This document shows, one piece after another, positions 1 through 10,945 of a stretch of 56,720 nt of DNA. Location of the stretch: contig BFEA01000029.1 in NCBI GenBank assembly GCA_003427395.1, forward strand, positions 1,288,193 to 1,344,912, in the 5' to 3' direction. Each line of letters starts with the position of its first letter. Positions within the stretch are counted from its first letter, which is position 1. The position numbers and the translations under genes were made by a program. Origin of the DNA: Chara braunii (taxonomy: Eukaryota > Plantae > Charophyceae). The notes below the pieces were generated by a model that worked only from the letters and a program-made list of their open reading frames with translations, was not told the origin of the DNA and searched no databases.

Positions 1-342
1 GCACGAGTTTGTCACAGATGCGAATGCTGCTAGCTGCCTGGGGGTCGGGGTGTAATGCACACACATCCGGAGAATGCAACACATGGCGCAACTTAGTAGC
101 CTTCAGGATCTCATGCATATGCACAATTCTGATGAAGTTTCCGAAGGTGTCACGGGAATGAGCAGTATATCATTGTCGGACGTGTTGAAATTGCCGAATA
201 AGGCATTCAAGTTCACGGACGTCCGCAGTCATGTCTGCATTAGAAACATTTATATACAGCCATTGCAGCAGGCGAGCTCGCCAAGCGGGCGTAGCCTGCT
301 GAATGGAAGCAACAACTTCGTCACAAACAGAACTATATATAT

Positions 343-625
343 TGTCACATGATATCAGAGCGCCTAAGCGAAAAAAACAAAAAAACAAAAAAATCTTAAA
401 TTCGTTTTTAATCTTCTTCCTTACAACTCCCCCTGTTCAGAACCTCTTGCGTACAAGGCCGCCCAAGTGGATGTAGGTTGAGCGGCGGCTTGTCACATGA
501 TATCAGAGAACCAAAGCGAAAAACAGAAATAAAACAAGGAAAACAAGAAAAACTTAATTCATTTTTAATCTTCTTCCTTACAACTCCCCCTGTTCAGAAC
601 GTCTTGCGTACAAGGCCGCCCACAT
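343..625 (+). repeat. Two tandem copies of a ~140-bp repeat (tgtcacatgatatcagag...ccttacaactccccctgttcagaac...cttgcgtacaaggccgccc); third copy at ~2897-3035
   Basis: Direct similarity among the three copies. The unit contains a tRNA-iMet PBS-like TGATATCAGAGC on plus and a PPT-like AGGGGGAGT-TGT on minus. Confidence 0.7.
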
Positions 626-715
626 GGAGGTAGTATATTGTACTTATACATACATACATGACGATATATACAGGACGATATATACATGACGCTATACACA
701 TCCATAAATAGATGT

Positions 716-1400
716 AAACAGAGCTGCCCGGTAAACCGTAGGCACAGAGGGAGGGAGAAGAGGACAACAAACGAGCGAGGGGCTGTGACAAACTGTTTCG
801 TTGGAGTTTCACCGACTCATTAGGAGGCTGAACCCTCAACAGTCTGCGGAATCCCCTACCTAACTGATTACACTAAGTTATAATCCACCTTAACCCCGGT
901 TGTGGCTAAGCATCAACGACTGCCCGACAACTGGTGATACCCTGAGGTGGTGGGGACCACCAACCAATGCCCTCAAGGTACCTGTGACGAAAATCAAAGC
1001 AGACTTTTCCTCACCCACACCAGATGGATACGTACGTACATCGTCAAACAGATACATACCGATATATAACCAGTTTGTCACAGCCCCTCGTTTGTTGCCC
1101 TCTTCTCCCTCTCTGCCTACGGTTTACCGGGCAGCTCTGTTTGACGTTATATACATATGTATATATCGTCAAACAGAGCTACCCTGTAAACCGTAGGTGG
1201 CCGAGAGGGAGGGAGAAGACGGCAACAAACGAGGGGCTGTGACAAACTGTTTCGTCGGAGTTTCACCTCCCTACTCGTCAATCAGTAGAGGCTGAATCTA
1301 GTCTATACATATGTAGTCAGAGAGAGCTGCCCAGTCAACCGCAGACAGAAAGGGAGAGCAGGGCAAGAAACTGGGCGCTGCGGTAAGCAGTTCGTCACGT
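716..1400. mobile_element. Cluster of hammerhead-bearing repeat family A (copies 716-847 and 1171-1300, inverted partial 1071-1142, degenerate ~1320-1400)
   Basis: Shared aaacagagctgccc...gaggggctgtgacaaactgtttcg; 1071-1142 is its reverse complement. Confidence 0.75.
788..847 (-). ncRNA. Type III hammerhead ribozyme motif (core mutated to CTAATGA)
   Basis: Minus strand reads GCAGACTGTT-GAGG GTTCAG CCTC-CTAATGA-GTCGG TGAAACT CCAAC-GAA-ACAGTTTGT; stems I, II and III can all form. Confidence 0.75.
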
Positions 1401-1512
1401 CATATACTATTTGATTCTATACCTGTCATTTCAGGGGGTACATGGTTGTACGGACTGGTCTAGGTGAGTTGGCAGCAGGGACAAATCCATTCACAGTGAA
1501 TGTGCTAGGTTG

Positions 1513-1777
1513 TACCGTCTTCACGGCGATAGAACGCCCGGTCATTTATCGCCGTATCTAGACGGGAAGTTGCGCCACATACAGCCGGGCGTTCTACTTG
1601 GGTGACGAAGACGGTTGTCTATAAATTGCAAACAGGGCTGCTGAGCAGAATCATAAATGATGGATGACTACCGTCTTCACCCGCATAGAGCGTCCGGTCA
1701 TTATAGCTGCATCTGGACTGGAAATTGCACCAAATACCGCTATAATGACCGGGCGTTCTATTCTGGTGAAGACGGTA
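1513..1777. mobile_element. Two palindromic MITEs (1513-1615, 1669-1777) of the TACCGTCTTC(A/C)CCCGAA TIR family
   Basis: ~40-bp imperfect TIRs taccgtcttcacccg.atagaacgcccggtcatt / aatgaccgggcgttctattc.ggtgaagacggta with TA ends (Tc1/mariner-pogo-like by inference). Confidence 0.8.
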
Positions 1778-1971
1778 GCGAAGAAACAAGCTCTCATAAT
1801 CTGTGCTTCAGGAGGGTGGCAACTCCATGCCACCAAAGGATAGTAGGACAAGGAGAAGGAGAAGGAGAAGGAGAGGACATAAATTTACATTTCCAGTATT
1901 TACTATTTATTTATTAAATTTTATTTAAACTTCTTGCAGTAATAAATTCATGATTTTGAAATGACTCTCAC

Positions 1972-2214
1972 TTCCTGCTTAAGCCGAAGTGCCGCTTGGT
2001 ACTCGTATTCCTGCCTCGATTTTGACCGGTCTGCATAGGCTCTCGCTGCGTTCTTCAGCTGCTCAGGATCACTCTGTGCCATTTTGCGCGTCATCTCCGA
2101 CAACTGCTCATCGCTCAGTTTGCCCAACTGTTCCGCAGCATACTTCATATCGTCCGCCCGTACGGATTTCAGTCGTTCTTGAGCCATCTTAATCGACTCC
2201 GGGGTTACGTTCAT
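1972..2214 (-). CDS. OEP61: OEP61-like, coding exon 2 (MNVTPESIKMAQERLKSVRADDMKYAAEQL...YEYQAALRLKQE)
   Basis: Poly-T tract plus CAG acceptor at 2215-2217; donor GAA|GTGAG at 1972/1971; 243 nt, phase 0/0, in frame with exon 1. It ends just before the expected TPR start (LKQE-GN). Later exons were not found and probably lie left of the window. Confidence 0.85.
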
Positions 2215-2226
2215 CTGAATCAGAAG

Positions 2227-2264
<38 letters not shown>

Positions 2265-2454
2265 NNNNNNNNNNNNNNNNNNNNNNNNNNNNNNNNNNNN
2301 NNNNCCCAACAACAACAACAAAAAAAGCATGCCCCCTTTTCAGAAAATAAGAGCTAGATGACAATCTTTGATATAACTGACCAGCACATGCGAAATTAGG
2401 TCATCACCTCTGCTCTACTTGCATTTTATCATTCGGCCTTTCTTTATAAAAATA

Positions 2455-2830
2455 AAAAAAAAAATGCAAACAAATAAACAAAAACAAAAACCAAAAAAAA
2501 AGGGACCAGATAACATTCTTGACTTGACACACCTGCCACACATGCTCAGCCAGGACACATAACCTCTCATCTATGTACATGATAGTGGTTGACACTGTGA
2601 ATCAGAGCGATAAACACACACATATATATTGTCACAATGCAAACAAATAAACAACAAATAAAAAAACAGAAAAAAAGGGACCAGATAACATTCTTGACTT
2701 GACACGCCTGCCACACATGCTCAGCCAGGTCTCATAACCTCTCATCTATGTGCATGATAGTGGTTCACACTGTGAATCAGAGCGATAAACACACCCATAT
2801 ATATTGTCACACTGTGAATCAGAGCGCGAA
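2455..2830. repeat. ~180-bp tandem duplication
   Basis: gggaccagataacattcttgacttgacac...cactgtgaatcagagcgataaacac occurs twice. Confidence 0.8.
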
Positions 2831-3227
2831 GGCGAAAAAAAGCAAAACAAGGAAAGGAAAAGAAGGAAGGAAGGAAAGCCCTACCTGTTCATATATTGTC
2901 ACAAGAATATCAGAGCGCAAATGCGAAAAAAAGAAAGAAGGAGAAAAGAAAACCAGGGAAAATTGAGTTCAATTTTTTTTCTTCTTCCTTATAACTCCCC
3001 CTGTTCAGAACCTCTTGCGTACAAGGCCGCCCACGTGTATATATCTAACAGATACATATACATACGCGTATATATCAACATAGAAGCTCTTCATCATCTT
3101 CATCTTCGTCATCTAATTGATCCTGCTCAGCGTCACTGCAGCTCCACCTTCGCTGATCATCAGCATTATCGTCACTAATCATCATGATCATCAATCAATG
3201 CCTGAATCTTCAACCTCCTCCTCCTCC

Positions 3228-3262
<35 letters not shown>

Positions 3263-3679
3263 GCCGTCGCTCACTAAAACCGTTGTCCTTCGCCGGCATC
3301 GCCCACCGTCACGTCTTTAGTCCATCGCCTTCAGATCCCCCATCCGCTGTCAGTACAACCACCTAACCCCATCCATGATTGGGGACGCCTACCCTCTTCC
3401 CCCGAACATAACGCACCCTCATCAGACTGCTGCACCGGAAAAGATAGCTTGCATGCATTCATGATCAGGGTGCGCTGTGTTCGAGGGAAGAGGGGATCCA
3501 TCATGTGTGCGATGCTCAGCGCGCGATCTTGCTGTTTCCACCGCCTATTATCCTCACCGTTGGTGACCGTTTGCCACCGTCAGCGGCACCCACGTCATCG
3601 CCACAAATCACTACCGGTTCCTAATTGCAGACTCACAGGCACCCACGTACACTATCAACTTCTCAAGGACTCACTACTA

Positions 3680-3789
3680 CTATCGTCTTCACACGAATAA
3701 AACGCCCGCTCATTATAGCTGTACCTAGACTGAAACGTGCACCAAATACGGCTATAATGACCGGGCGTTCTATTCGGGTAAAGACGGTA
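3680..3789. mobile_element. MITE of the TACCGTCTTC family (a related lone TIR sits at ~3390-3425)
   Basis: tatcgtcttcacacgaataaaacgccc...gggcgttctattcgggtaaagacggta. Confidence 0.8.
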
Positions 3790-4472
3790 GCATTGTCTCA
3801 TATTATGTATAACTTAATCCAATGCGCGCCGAAAGGTATTGATAACTTGATCCATTGCGCGCCGCGAGGTATTCATCAACAAATGTGTGATCCATTGCGC
3901 ACCGAGCGGCAACCATGACTTACTGTAAATCCAATGGGCGCCGAGAGTTCCTCCGAGCACGACAAGCTTGTTCCCATGGCCGGCATTTATCACGCATAAG
4001 CTTAATCCGACCTTAGCTTAATACAAACTTTTTCGGATGTTAATCCAGTGAAATGAGTAACCAACACTGTGGATTAGTCAATTTATAATCCAGAGTAACG
4101 AGTAGTTAACATTGTAGATTAGTCAATATATGCGCCAGAGTACTATGAATGGATCACACATCGCTTAGCAATATATGCAAAGAAAGAGGAATGGATCAGA
4201 CATTGCTCGCTTAATCCAATATGAGTGAAGTAGCGTATACTTCCTTCATCTAGATGAGAACATGAATGAAAAATAAAACATAAAAACACTAGCAATTACA
4301 TATACGTATACGTAAGTTGAAATAACATCTAAAACACCACCCACAAGAAAAAAATGTGCCAGCCACGTTTTTGCTGAGCGGTGGGAACCGCCTTGACGCC
4401 CGCCGCTCAAGCCGGCGGCGCGACTTACAGGCCTAAGTCGCCGACCACTGGTGGAGCAGAAATTTGCACTCG

Positions 4473-4475
<3 letters not shown>

Positions 4476-4540
<65 letters not shown>

Positions 4541-4603
4541 CCCTCCAGTGCTAATACCCCAACATCGTTATTACTGTATCTAACCTGATTTCAGGGACAG
4601 ATT

Positions 4604-4661
<58 letters not shown>

Positions 4662-4730
4662 CTCCTCCAGTGCTAATACCCCAGCATCGTTCTTAATGTA
4701 TCTAACCTGATTTCAGGGCAGATTCAATCG
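4476..4730. repeat. (CT)n plus a 65-bp unit, duplicated in tandem
   Basis: ccagtgctaatacccca...ctgatttcaggg.cagattcaatc follows each (CT)n run. Confidence 0.8.
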
Positions 4731-5473
4731 AAAAAGTATCAGTGCAAGTGTTATCCAAGCTGATGATGCACATAATAGTACCAGTGCGAATACCACAACA
4801 GTATTACTTACTGTATGTTTCGCTCCGACTCCTCGATCACTATCAATCACGATCAGTCATTTGAAACCATGGTCAAGGTCAATCATCGGAAAACTGATGT
4901 CAGTATATTAATAACCCAGCCGTCATCAGATCGAGTCCTGAGTACATACATCCATTTCATTTCGGTCGTCATCTATCACCACACCACACCTGGAGACGAT
5001 CTGCCAGTCTCGTCCCGAACAGAACGCATGGCCATCATAATATGTGATGTGGCTGCTGACCCAAGTTCGTGTCTACATGCAATCAGATAATCAGACTACA
5101 ATACTTGTTTGTTTGTTTGTTTGTTTTACAATACTAGTTTTAAACTACCTGCGGCCGGTCAGTTCATTGTGGCATATCTCAGGACCGTCGCCCTTTCCGA
5201 AAAGAATAACCAATCAAAAAAAAAACTTGCTTTTCCAAAAAAAAAAAAAAAAAAAAAAAAACGAAAAGAAAAAAACTTGCTTTTCCTCTGGGCTCTCTAC
5301 TAATTCAGATCCTACGAGGATACTATGCTCTTTTTTTCCAAATCAAATACTAATTCAAACATTATTATGAATAAATACAAATTAAAAAAAAAAACATTAT
5401 GAACGTACGACGAAATCTCGCACCTTACTAGTACGATTATCATAAACGACTCCTCGCTTGATCACATACCCCT

Positions 5474-5580
5474 ACCCTTCCTCCCTCGAATAGAACGTAG
5501 GGTCATTTTCGCTGCATCTGGGTTGAAAGGTGAGCCAAATACGCGGCTGTAATGACCGTACGTTCTATTCGAGTGAAGAA
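5474..5580. mobile_element. Degenerate MITE, TACCGTCTTC family
   Basis: cgaatagaacgtagggtcatt / aatgaccgtacgttctattcg inverted repeat. Confidence 0.65.
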
Positions 5581-5817
5581 GGGTCGCCCAGAAAAAGGGG
5601 AGTCATCCGATCTACAAGGAGGAGGGGGGAGGGGCAGTCCTGAAAGAGGAGGACCATTGCCTAGACTAGCGAGGGCAGTCCTGAAAATCTAGAAACCACA
5701 TAATAGTATACATCCCGTACAAGAGATTTCAACAGGCAGGAAAGTGTTTGGGGAAAATAGAGAATCAAATTATATAATTAAACCAGAAAATAAAAACGAA
5801 AAAGTTAAAACATCCTC

Positions 5818-5850
<33 letters not shown>

Positions 5851-5937
5851 CGAAAATCGCCACAAAGTTCATACTTGTTTTACATACCCCACAGGAACGC
5901 ACGTCTTCGACCATTCGACAAACCAACCGGCAATACT

Positions 5938-5967
5938 CCAATCAATCAATCAATCAATCAATCGATT

Positions 5968-5998
<31 letters not shown>

Positions 5999-6290
5999 TA
6001 ATCAATCAATCAAACGACTGTCGATCGAATACTCCAATCACTCAATCAATTAAACGACTGTCGATCGAATACTCCAATCACTCAATCAATCACTCAATCA
6101 ATCTAACGACCGTCGATCGATCAACAGCCACCAATCAACCATTTGATTCAAGTCTTCAAGCAAGCGACAAATTACTGAATTATCAACCATTCGATCATCA
6201 AGTAATCTAATGAATCGATCAGACAATCGACCAACCAATCAATCAATCAATCAATCAACTAATCTATTGTCGCATTCAATCAATAAATCA
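5938..6290. repeat. (ATCA)n microsatellite with embedded ~42-bp repeats
   Basis: Direct inspection. Confidence 0.9.
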
Positions 6291-6557
6291 AACAAAAGGA
6301 TCTGCTCACTGAAAGCAAAAAAAACGACGCCCGTGCGCTAAATACATGATTACGCTCGCTAATTAATGATCCTCTTCCGCCCCGTGGTGCGCAACTTCAC
6401 AGGCGGGGCCAAGTCCCACTCGCAGCGTTGAGTTACCTCAACACCCGAATCTGGACCTGTTTGTGCAAATGTGCAGAAATCGCATTGATTTTCTTCAACC
6501 GCACATCTCCACAAACAAACAGGTCCAGATTCGGCCGTTTAGGAAACTCAACGCTCC

Positions 6558-6672
6558 TACCGTCTTCACCCGAATAGAACGCCCGGTCATTATCGCTGTA
6601 TCTAGTCTGAGAGTCGCACCGAATACAGCTACAACTACAATGAAAGGGCGTTCTATTCAGGTGAAAGCGGTA
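6558..6672. mobile_element. MITE, TACCGTCTTC family
   Basis: taccgtcttcacccgaatagaacgccc...gggcgttctattcaggtgaaagcggta. Confidence 0.8.
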
Positions 6673-7297
6673 GTAGGACTTAGTCCCCGGCCAATTAGCG
6701 GGCCGTATTGTCATCGCGGACTCACAGTCATTTTGGCGCGAAAGTCCCAAAAATCGTTGCCATCGCGCAAAGAACATTTTGAATGCCGAAAAAGAAAAGG
6801 GAAACATTTTGAAGCACCCACCGAAAAGAGCAAACATCTTTTTTTTTTTTTTTTTCAAACATTATTTCTGTTGCTGGAGATGACATATTTATTTCTTTTT
6901 TAAAAAAAATGAAAGAGAAGGTGCGTCAATGGTTTAACGCGGTTCCAATCCACTTTGCCTGGACGGCACTCACGTGTCCACTCTCTCTAAGCAATCCAAG
7001 TCCCATCACGCTGCCCATCTATACACACCGACCGTTGGCCGTTTACGTCCGTCACTTGTCCCGCAATCGAGGTAGATCCATAGAATAACGCGATCAGTCA
7101 CTTTTTTCTTTTCCTTTCTTTTTTTCTTTTTTTTTTTTTTTTCTCTTTTTTTTTTCTTTTTTTTTTACGCGATGAATCACTAACTCTCAGAATAACCTGT
7201 TTTTCTAGTCCTCTTTCTCGCCAACATGTGGACTCTTATTGCCTCCGTTAGACGACAATTCAACTTCTCGCGCAACCACGCAAGCTACAAAAAAGAC

Positions 7298-7340
<43 letters not shown>

Positions 7341-7466
7341 TTTCCCACTCAGCTACATGCTACACTTACGGAGACATGCGAGGGCAAATATCGTAAGCGT
7401 TTCAATTAGGTGGGTGGGGCAGATATCCTGCTGTTCGGTGCGACAAAGCCGCGGGGAAACACATAC

Positions 7467-7574
7467 CTGTTGTTGCATGCGGCGGATATCCTCCGGCTTC
7501 ATCCTCTTCATCTGCTCCTGCGCAAACTTCAACATCTCTGGACTCACTCCAGCGGGAAACATGGGGTTCGACAT
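7467..7574 (-). CDS. OEP61: OEP61-like TPR chaperone receptor, coding exon 1 (MSNPMFPAGVSPEMLKFAQEQMKRMKPEDIRRMQQQ)
   Basis: ATG at 7574; donor CAG|GTATGT at 7467/7466, phase 0. The peptide matches the plant OEP61/TPR7 N-terminus as recalled (M.PEM.R.AQ.QM.RM.P.D..R.QQQ). Confidence 0.85.
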
Positions 7575-7626
7575 CGCTCCCCCTCACACGTCCACGACAC
7601 CCACCGCACAACCTCTAGTCTTCCTG

Positions 7627-7697
<71 letters not shown>

Positions 7698-8377
7698 NGT
7701 GTGTGTGTGTGTGTGTGTGTGTGTCTCTCTCTCACACACACACACACAGAGTGGTCGATTTCGAAGTCAACGACTCGGATGGGCCACCCTACACCCCCAC
7801 TATGCCTTGCTCGCCTTCCCACCTTCCCCGCGGCTTTCCCCTCTCCGTCAGAAACGCAGACGTCAGCTTCAAGGGGAATCGTCGGGAAATGACACGTGTA
7901 AACTGTCCATGAACGTAAGATCGGGAATACTGACCGAAGCGAGGACTGAGCTCGCCAATGCTGATGTAATACTGTAGTAAACCGCGTCTTCCCATCAACC
8001 ACAACAAGGGGATATCTTCTCCGTACCACAACAATGGGATATAATCACAGCGTAAGTAGTTATTTGTCGATGGTCCCAAAAACGCTAAAACGCGGCGCCT
8101 ATTCTGCCACCTCCACAATCATTCGCCTGGAACGACGCGCGCTCAACACTAAGCAGCTTTGATTTTTTTCCCAACCTTGCACTGCATGTTGCGCGCGCAA
8201 TTTCTCCCACATAGGTGCGGGCTTTCTCGGATCCGCCCCCGCCAAAAAGCGCCCTCGGCACAGCGATAATCGGTCACGCCCCGCTAGCCAACCCACATTA
8301 ACCACGTGACTCAAGCTAAGGTAGCCAGATCAGAACGTGCTACTCGTACTTCCGACAAATTGGGCCCCTTCCCCTCA

Positions 8378-8450
8378 TGGACCGTTTCTCGATTTATGCG
8401 TGTCATCCTTGCGCAGGGGCCATGCTAATCTTCATTCTCTGTATCGTTCC
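8378..8450 (-). pseudogene. U6: U6 snRNA pseudogene, 5'-truncated, with a 4-nt insertion
   Basis: Reverse complement GGAACGATACAGAGAA(TGAA)GATTAGCATGGCCCCTGCGCAAGGATGACACGCATAAATCGAGAAACGGTCCA matches the plant U6 core; the 5' stem-loop and oligo-U tail are missing. Confidence 0.9.
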
Positions 8451-9106
8451 CTCATGGTCATGCATGCGCTCACCACCCTCTCAACGTTTCTATCATCACT
8501 TTTGGCGGGATGACCGACATCCACGCGGGAGCAATGACCATATCGAAGGCACAGGGAAACACCGCATTCGCTCGTTTGCTCGCGCGCGGACGACGGCGCG
8601 GGGCACACGAGCTTCCTCCGCACTAGCTCCCGCCCAGACATCAACCTTGCAAGCCCGCGCACGAGATCCCGCCCATGCATCGACCTTGCACGCCTGCGCA
8701 CGAGTTCCCGCCCACGTATCGACCTCGCAAGCGCGCGCACGAGCTCCCGCTGATCTGCCTCCTCGCGCGCCCAGGCACCGTCCAATCGTCAGACACAATG
8801 GTCGAAGCTTCTCCCCTTCTCAATGGCGCGCCCAGGCACAACCAGCTCTTGCTATTTTCGCTCGCGCGCGGTCCGATTTTCGAGCTTCAGGTAGCTTCAG
8901 GTTAGTTGCCAGGTCAAGATATATATGCTCGTCCAAAGCCAGCGAGGACTGCCAGTAACTTCGAAGAAAGAAGGATCTCGATGCCAACAGGTCGGATTGG
9001 TTAGGGCAAGGCTGGGTAAAGGCTCGGTGTTGAGCGCGAAAAGCCCTATCAACTACGGTGAGTATAAAGGAGGTCCAAGGATGTCATCGCACTCGGACTA
9101 CGCGGG

Positions 9107-9200
9107 GGCAAGGTCCCACTTGCACGGATTAGGAGATTTCGGCCGTTGATCTCGGCTATCTGCGGTCTCTATCTCTTGATTCGTGCAAGTGGGACCTAGC
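9107..9200. mobile_element. Small MITE with TIR ggcaaggtcccacttgcacg; related ends at ~6405 and 44238-44450
   Basis: ggcaaggtcccacttgcacgga / ttcgtgcaagtgggacctagcc inverted repeat. Confidence 0.7.
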
Positions 9201-9457
9201 CTTGGCATGACTGTGACCGGAATAGCGCGAGAGGACTTTTTTCTATCTCACTCTGTACGGCAAGGGCCTCATTCCAGCACCAGCCACATGGCGAGCGCAT
9301 AACCCTCTGCATTATGACGTGCATTCAAAGATTTTCACAGTTGGAAGCAGTGGAACCAGCCATCACCGCGAGGGCCTATTCACGCTGCCTGGTAGGACGC
9401 TCATTCCCAGGTCCATAATATTTTTTTTTCCGAGAATTCCCAGGTCCATAAATTTTT

Positions 9458-9489
<32 letters not shown>

Positions 9490-9778
9490 GCACGCACATA
9501 CATTCTCGTGTCTATTGATGGGAAGTGCCACCTGCTGGAAACTGGGTCCAGCGTACCATGAACATTGTGAATAAAGCACCAACCGGGACCCCACGCACAC
9601 ACACTCTTCGAGTTGTGTACACTCTTCGAGTTGTGTATAGCAAACATGACAAAACATACATACAGCATAATCACTACCTTACCCTTCCCGAACCACATCA
9701 TAAACAAACGAACTACGGGCTGCGCACCTGTGCCCTCACGGTAAGTCAATTCGCTATACACAACTCGAAGAGCGTGTG

Positions 9779-10537
9779 NNNNNNNNNNNNNNNNNNNNNN
9801 NNNNNNNNNNNNNNNNNNNNNNNNNNNNNNNNNNNNNNNNNNNNNNNNNNNNNNNNNNNNNNNNNNNNNNNNNNNNNNNNNNNNNNNNNNNNNNNNNNNN
9901 NNNNNNNNNNNNNNNNNNNNNNNNNNNNNNNNNNNNNNNNNNNNNNNNNNNNNNNNNNNNNNNNNNNNNNNNNNNNNNNNNNNNNNNNNNNNNNNNNNNN
10001 NNNNNNNNNNNNNNNNNNNNNNNNNNNNNNNNNNNNNNNNNNNNNNNNNNNNNNNNNNNNNNNNNNNNNNNNNNNNNNNNNNNNNNNNNNNNNNNNNNNN
10101 NNNNNNNNNNNNNNNNNNNNNNNNNNNNNNNNNNNNNNNNNNNNNNNNNNNNNNNNNNNNNNNNNNNNNNNNNNNNNNNNNNNNNNNNNNNNNNNNNNNN
10201 NNNNNNNNNNNNNNNNNNNNNNNNNNNNNNNNNNNNNNNNNNNNNNNNNNNNNNNNNNNNNNNNNNNNNNNNNNNNNNNNNNNNNNNNNNNNNNNNNNNN
10301 NNNNNNNNNNNNNNNNNNNNNNNNNNNNNNNNNNNNNNNNNNNNNNNNNNNNNNNNNNNNNNNNNNNNNNNNNNNNNNNNNNNNNNNNNNNNNNNNNNNN
10401 NNNNNNNNNNNNNNNNNNNNNNNNNNNNNNNNNNNNNNNNNNNNNNNNNNNNNNNNNNNNNNNNNNNNNNNNNNNNNNNNNNNNNNNNNNNNNNNNNNNN
10501 NNNNNNNNNNNNNNNNNNNNNNNNNNNNNNNNNNNNN
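9779..10537. other. Assembly gap (N run)
   Basis: Ns; smaller gaps at ~2265, 13656, 22438 and 46828. Confidence 1.
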
Positions 10538-10574
10538 AGACACTGACCTCCAACAAAAAGAAGAAGTAATTTTA

Positions 10575-10945
10575 TCGGAATACAAGAGTTTTTTCTTTTC
10601 GAAATCCGAATAGAAAGCGTACACGTTGTATTCCAATACAACGTGTACTTTTTCTATTCGAGGAACTCTGCTATTCGAGAAAAGTGGACCCGCACCTTTT
10701 CAATTTCAAAAAAGGACTGCGGCCTCCTCGGCCTCCTGCACGCAGCTACCGGTCCTACGCGGTCATGGACCAAAATCTGTGCGGTCCCACAGGCAGCTAC
10801 CGGTTCTGCAGTTTCAAATAAGATGCCATCACCCCCTAAACTGTCATGCCTTGTTTTTCCAGCCTTCTAACGACCGTATAACGAACGACGACAAAAAATA
10901 TTCTCAGGGGCATAAAACGCACTCCTGACGGGCTGCGAACAGGAT
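10575..10945 (+). mobile_element. Subterminal region of a larger TIR element; inverted relative at 51930-52150
   Basis: gaatagaa/gaatacaa motif array shared with the MITE TIRs. gctattcg...cagctaccggtcctacgcg and cctgacgggctgcgaac recur reverse-complemented near 52 kb. Confidence 0.55.

Noticed and set aside
8378-8450. Functional U6 gene (also 38646 and 42557)
   Set aside because: All three are truncated or carry indels next to the catalytic region, and lack a promoter and terminator.
7357-8958. ORFs of 160-206 aa around the OEP61 5' region
   Set aside because: They are antisense to exon 1, or made of microsatellite and GC-rich repeats, with no protein motifs.
9468-10641. Long ORFs of 256-362 aa
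   Set aside because: Artefacts of translating the N gap.
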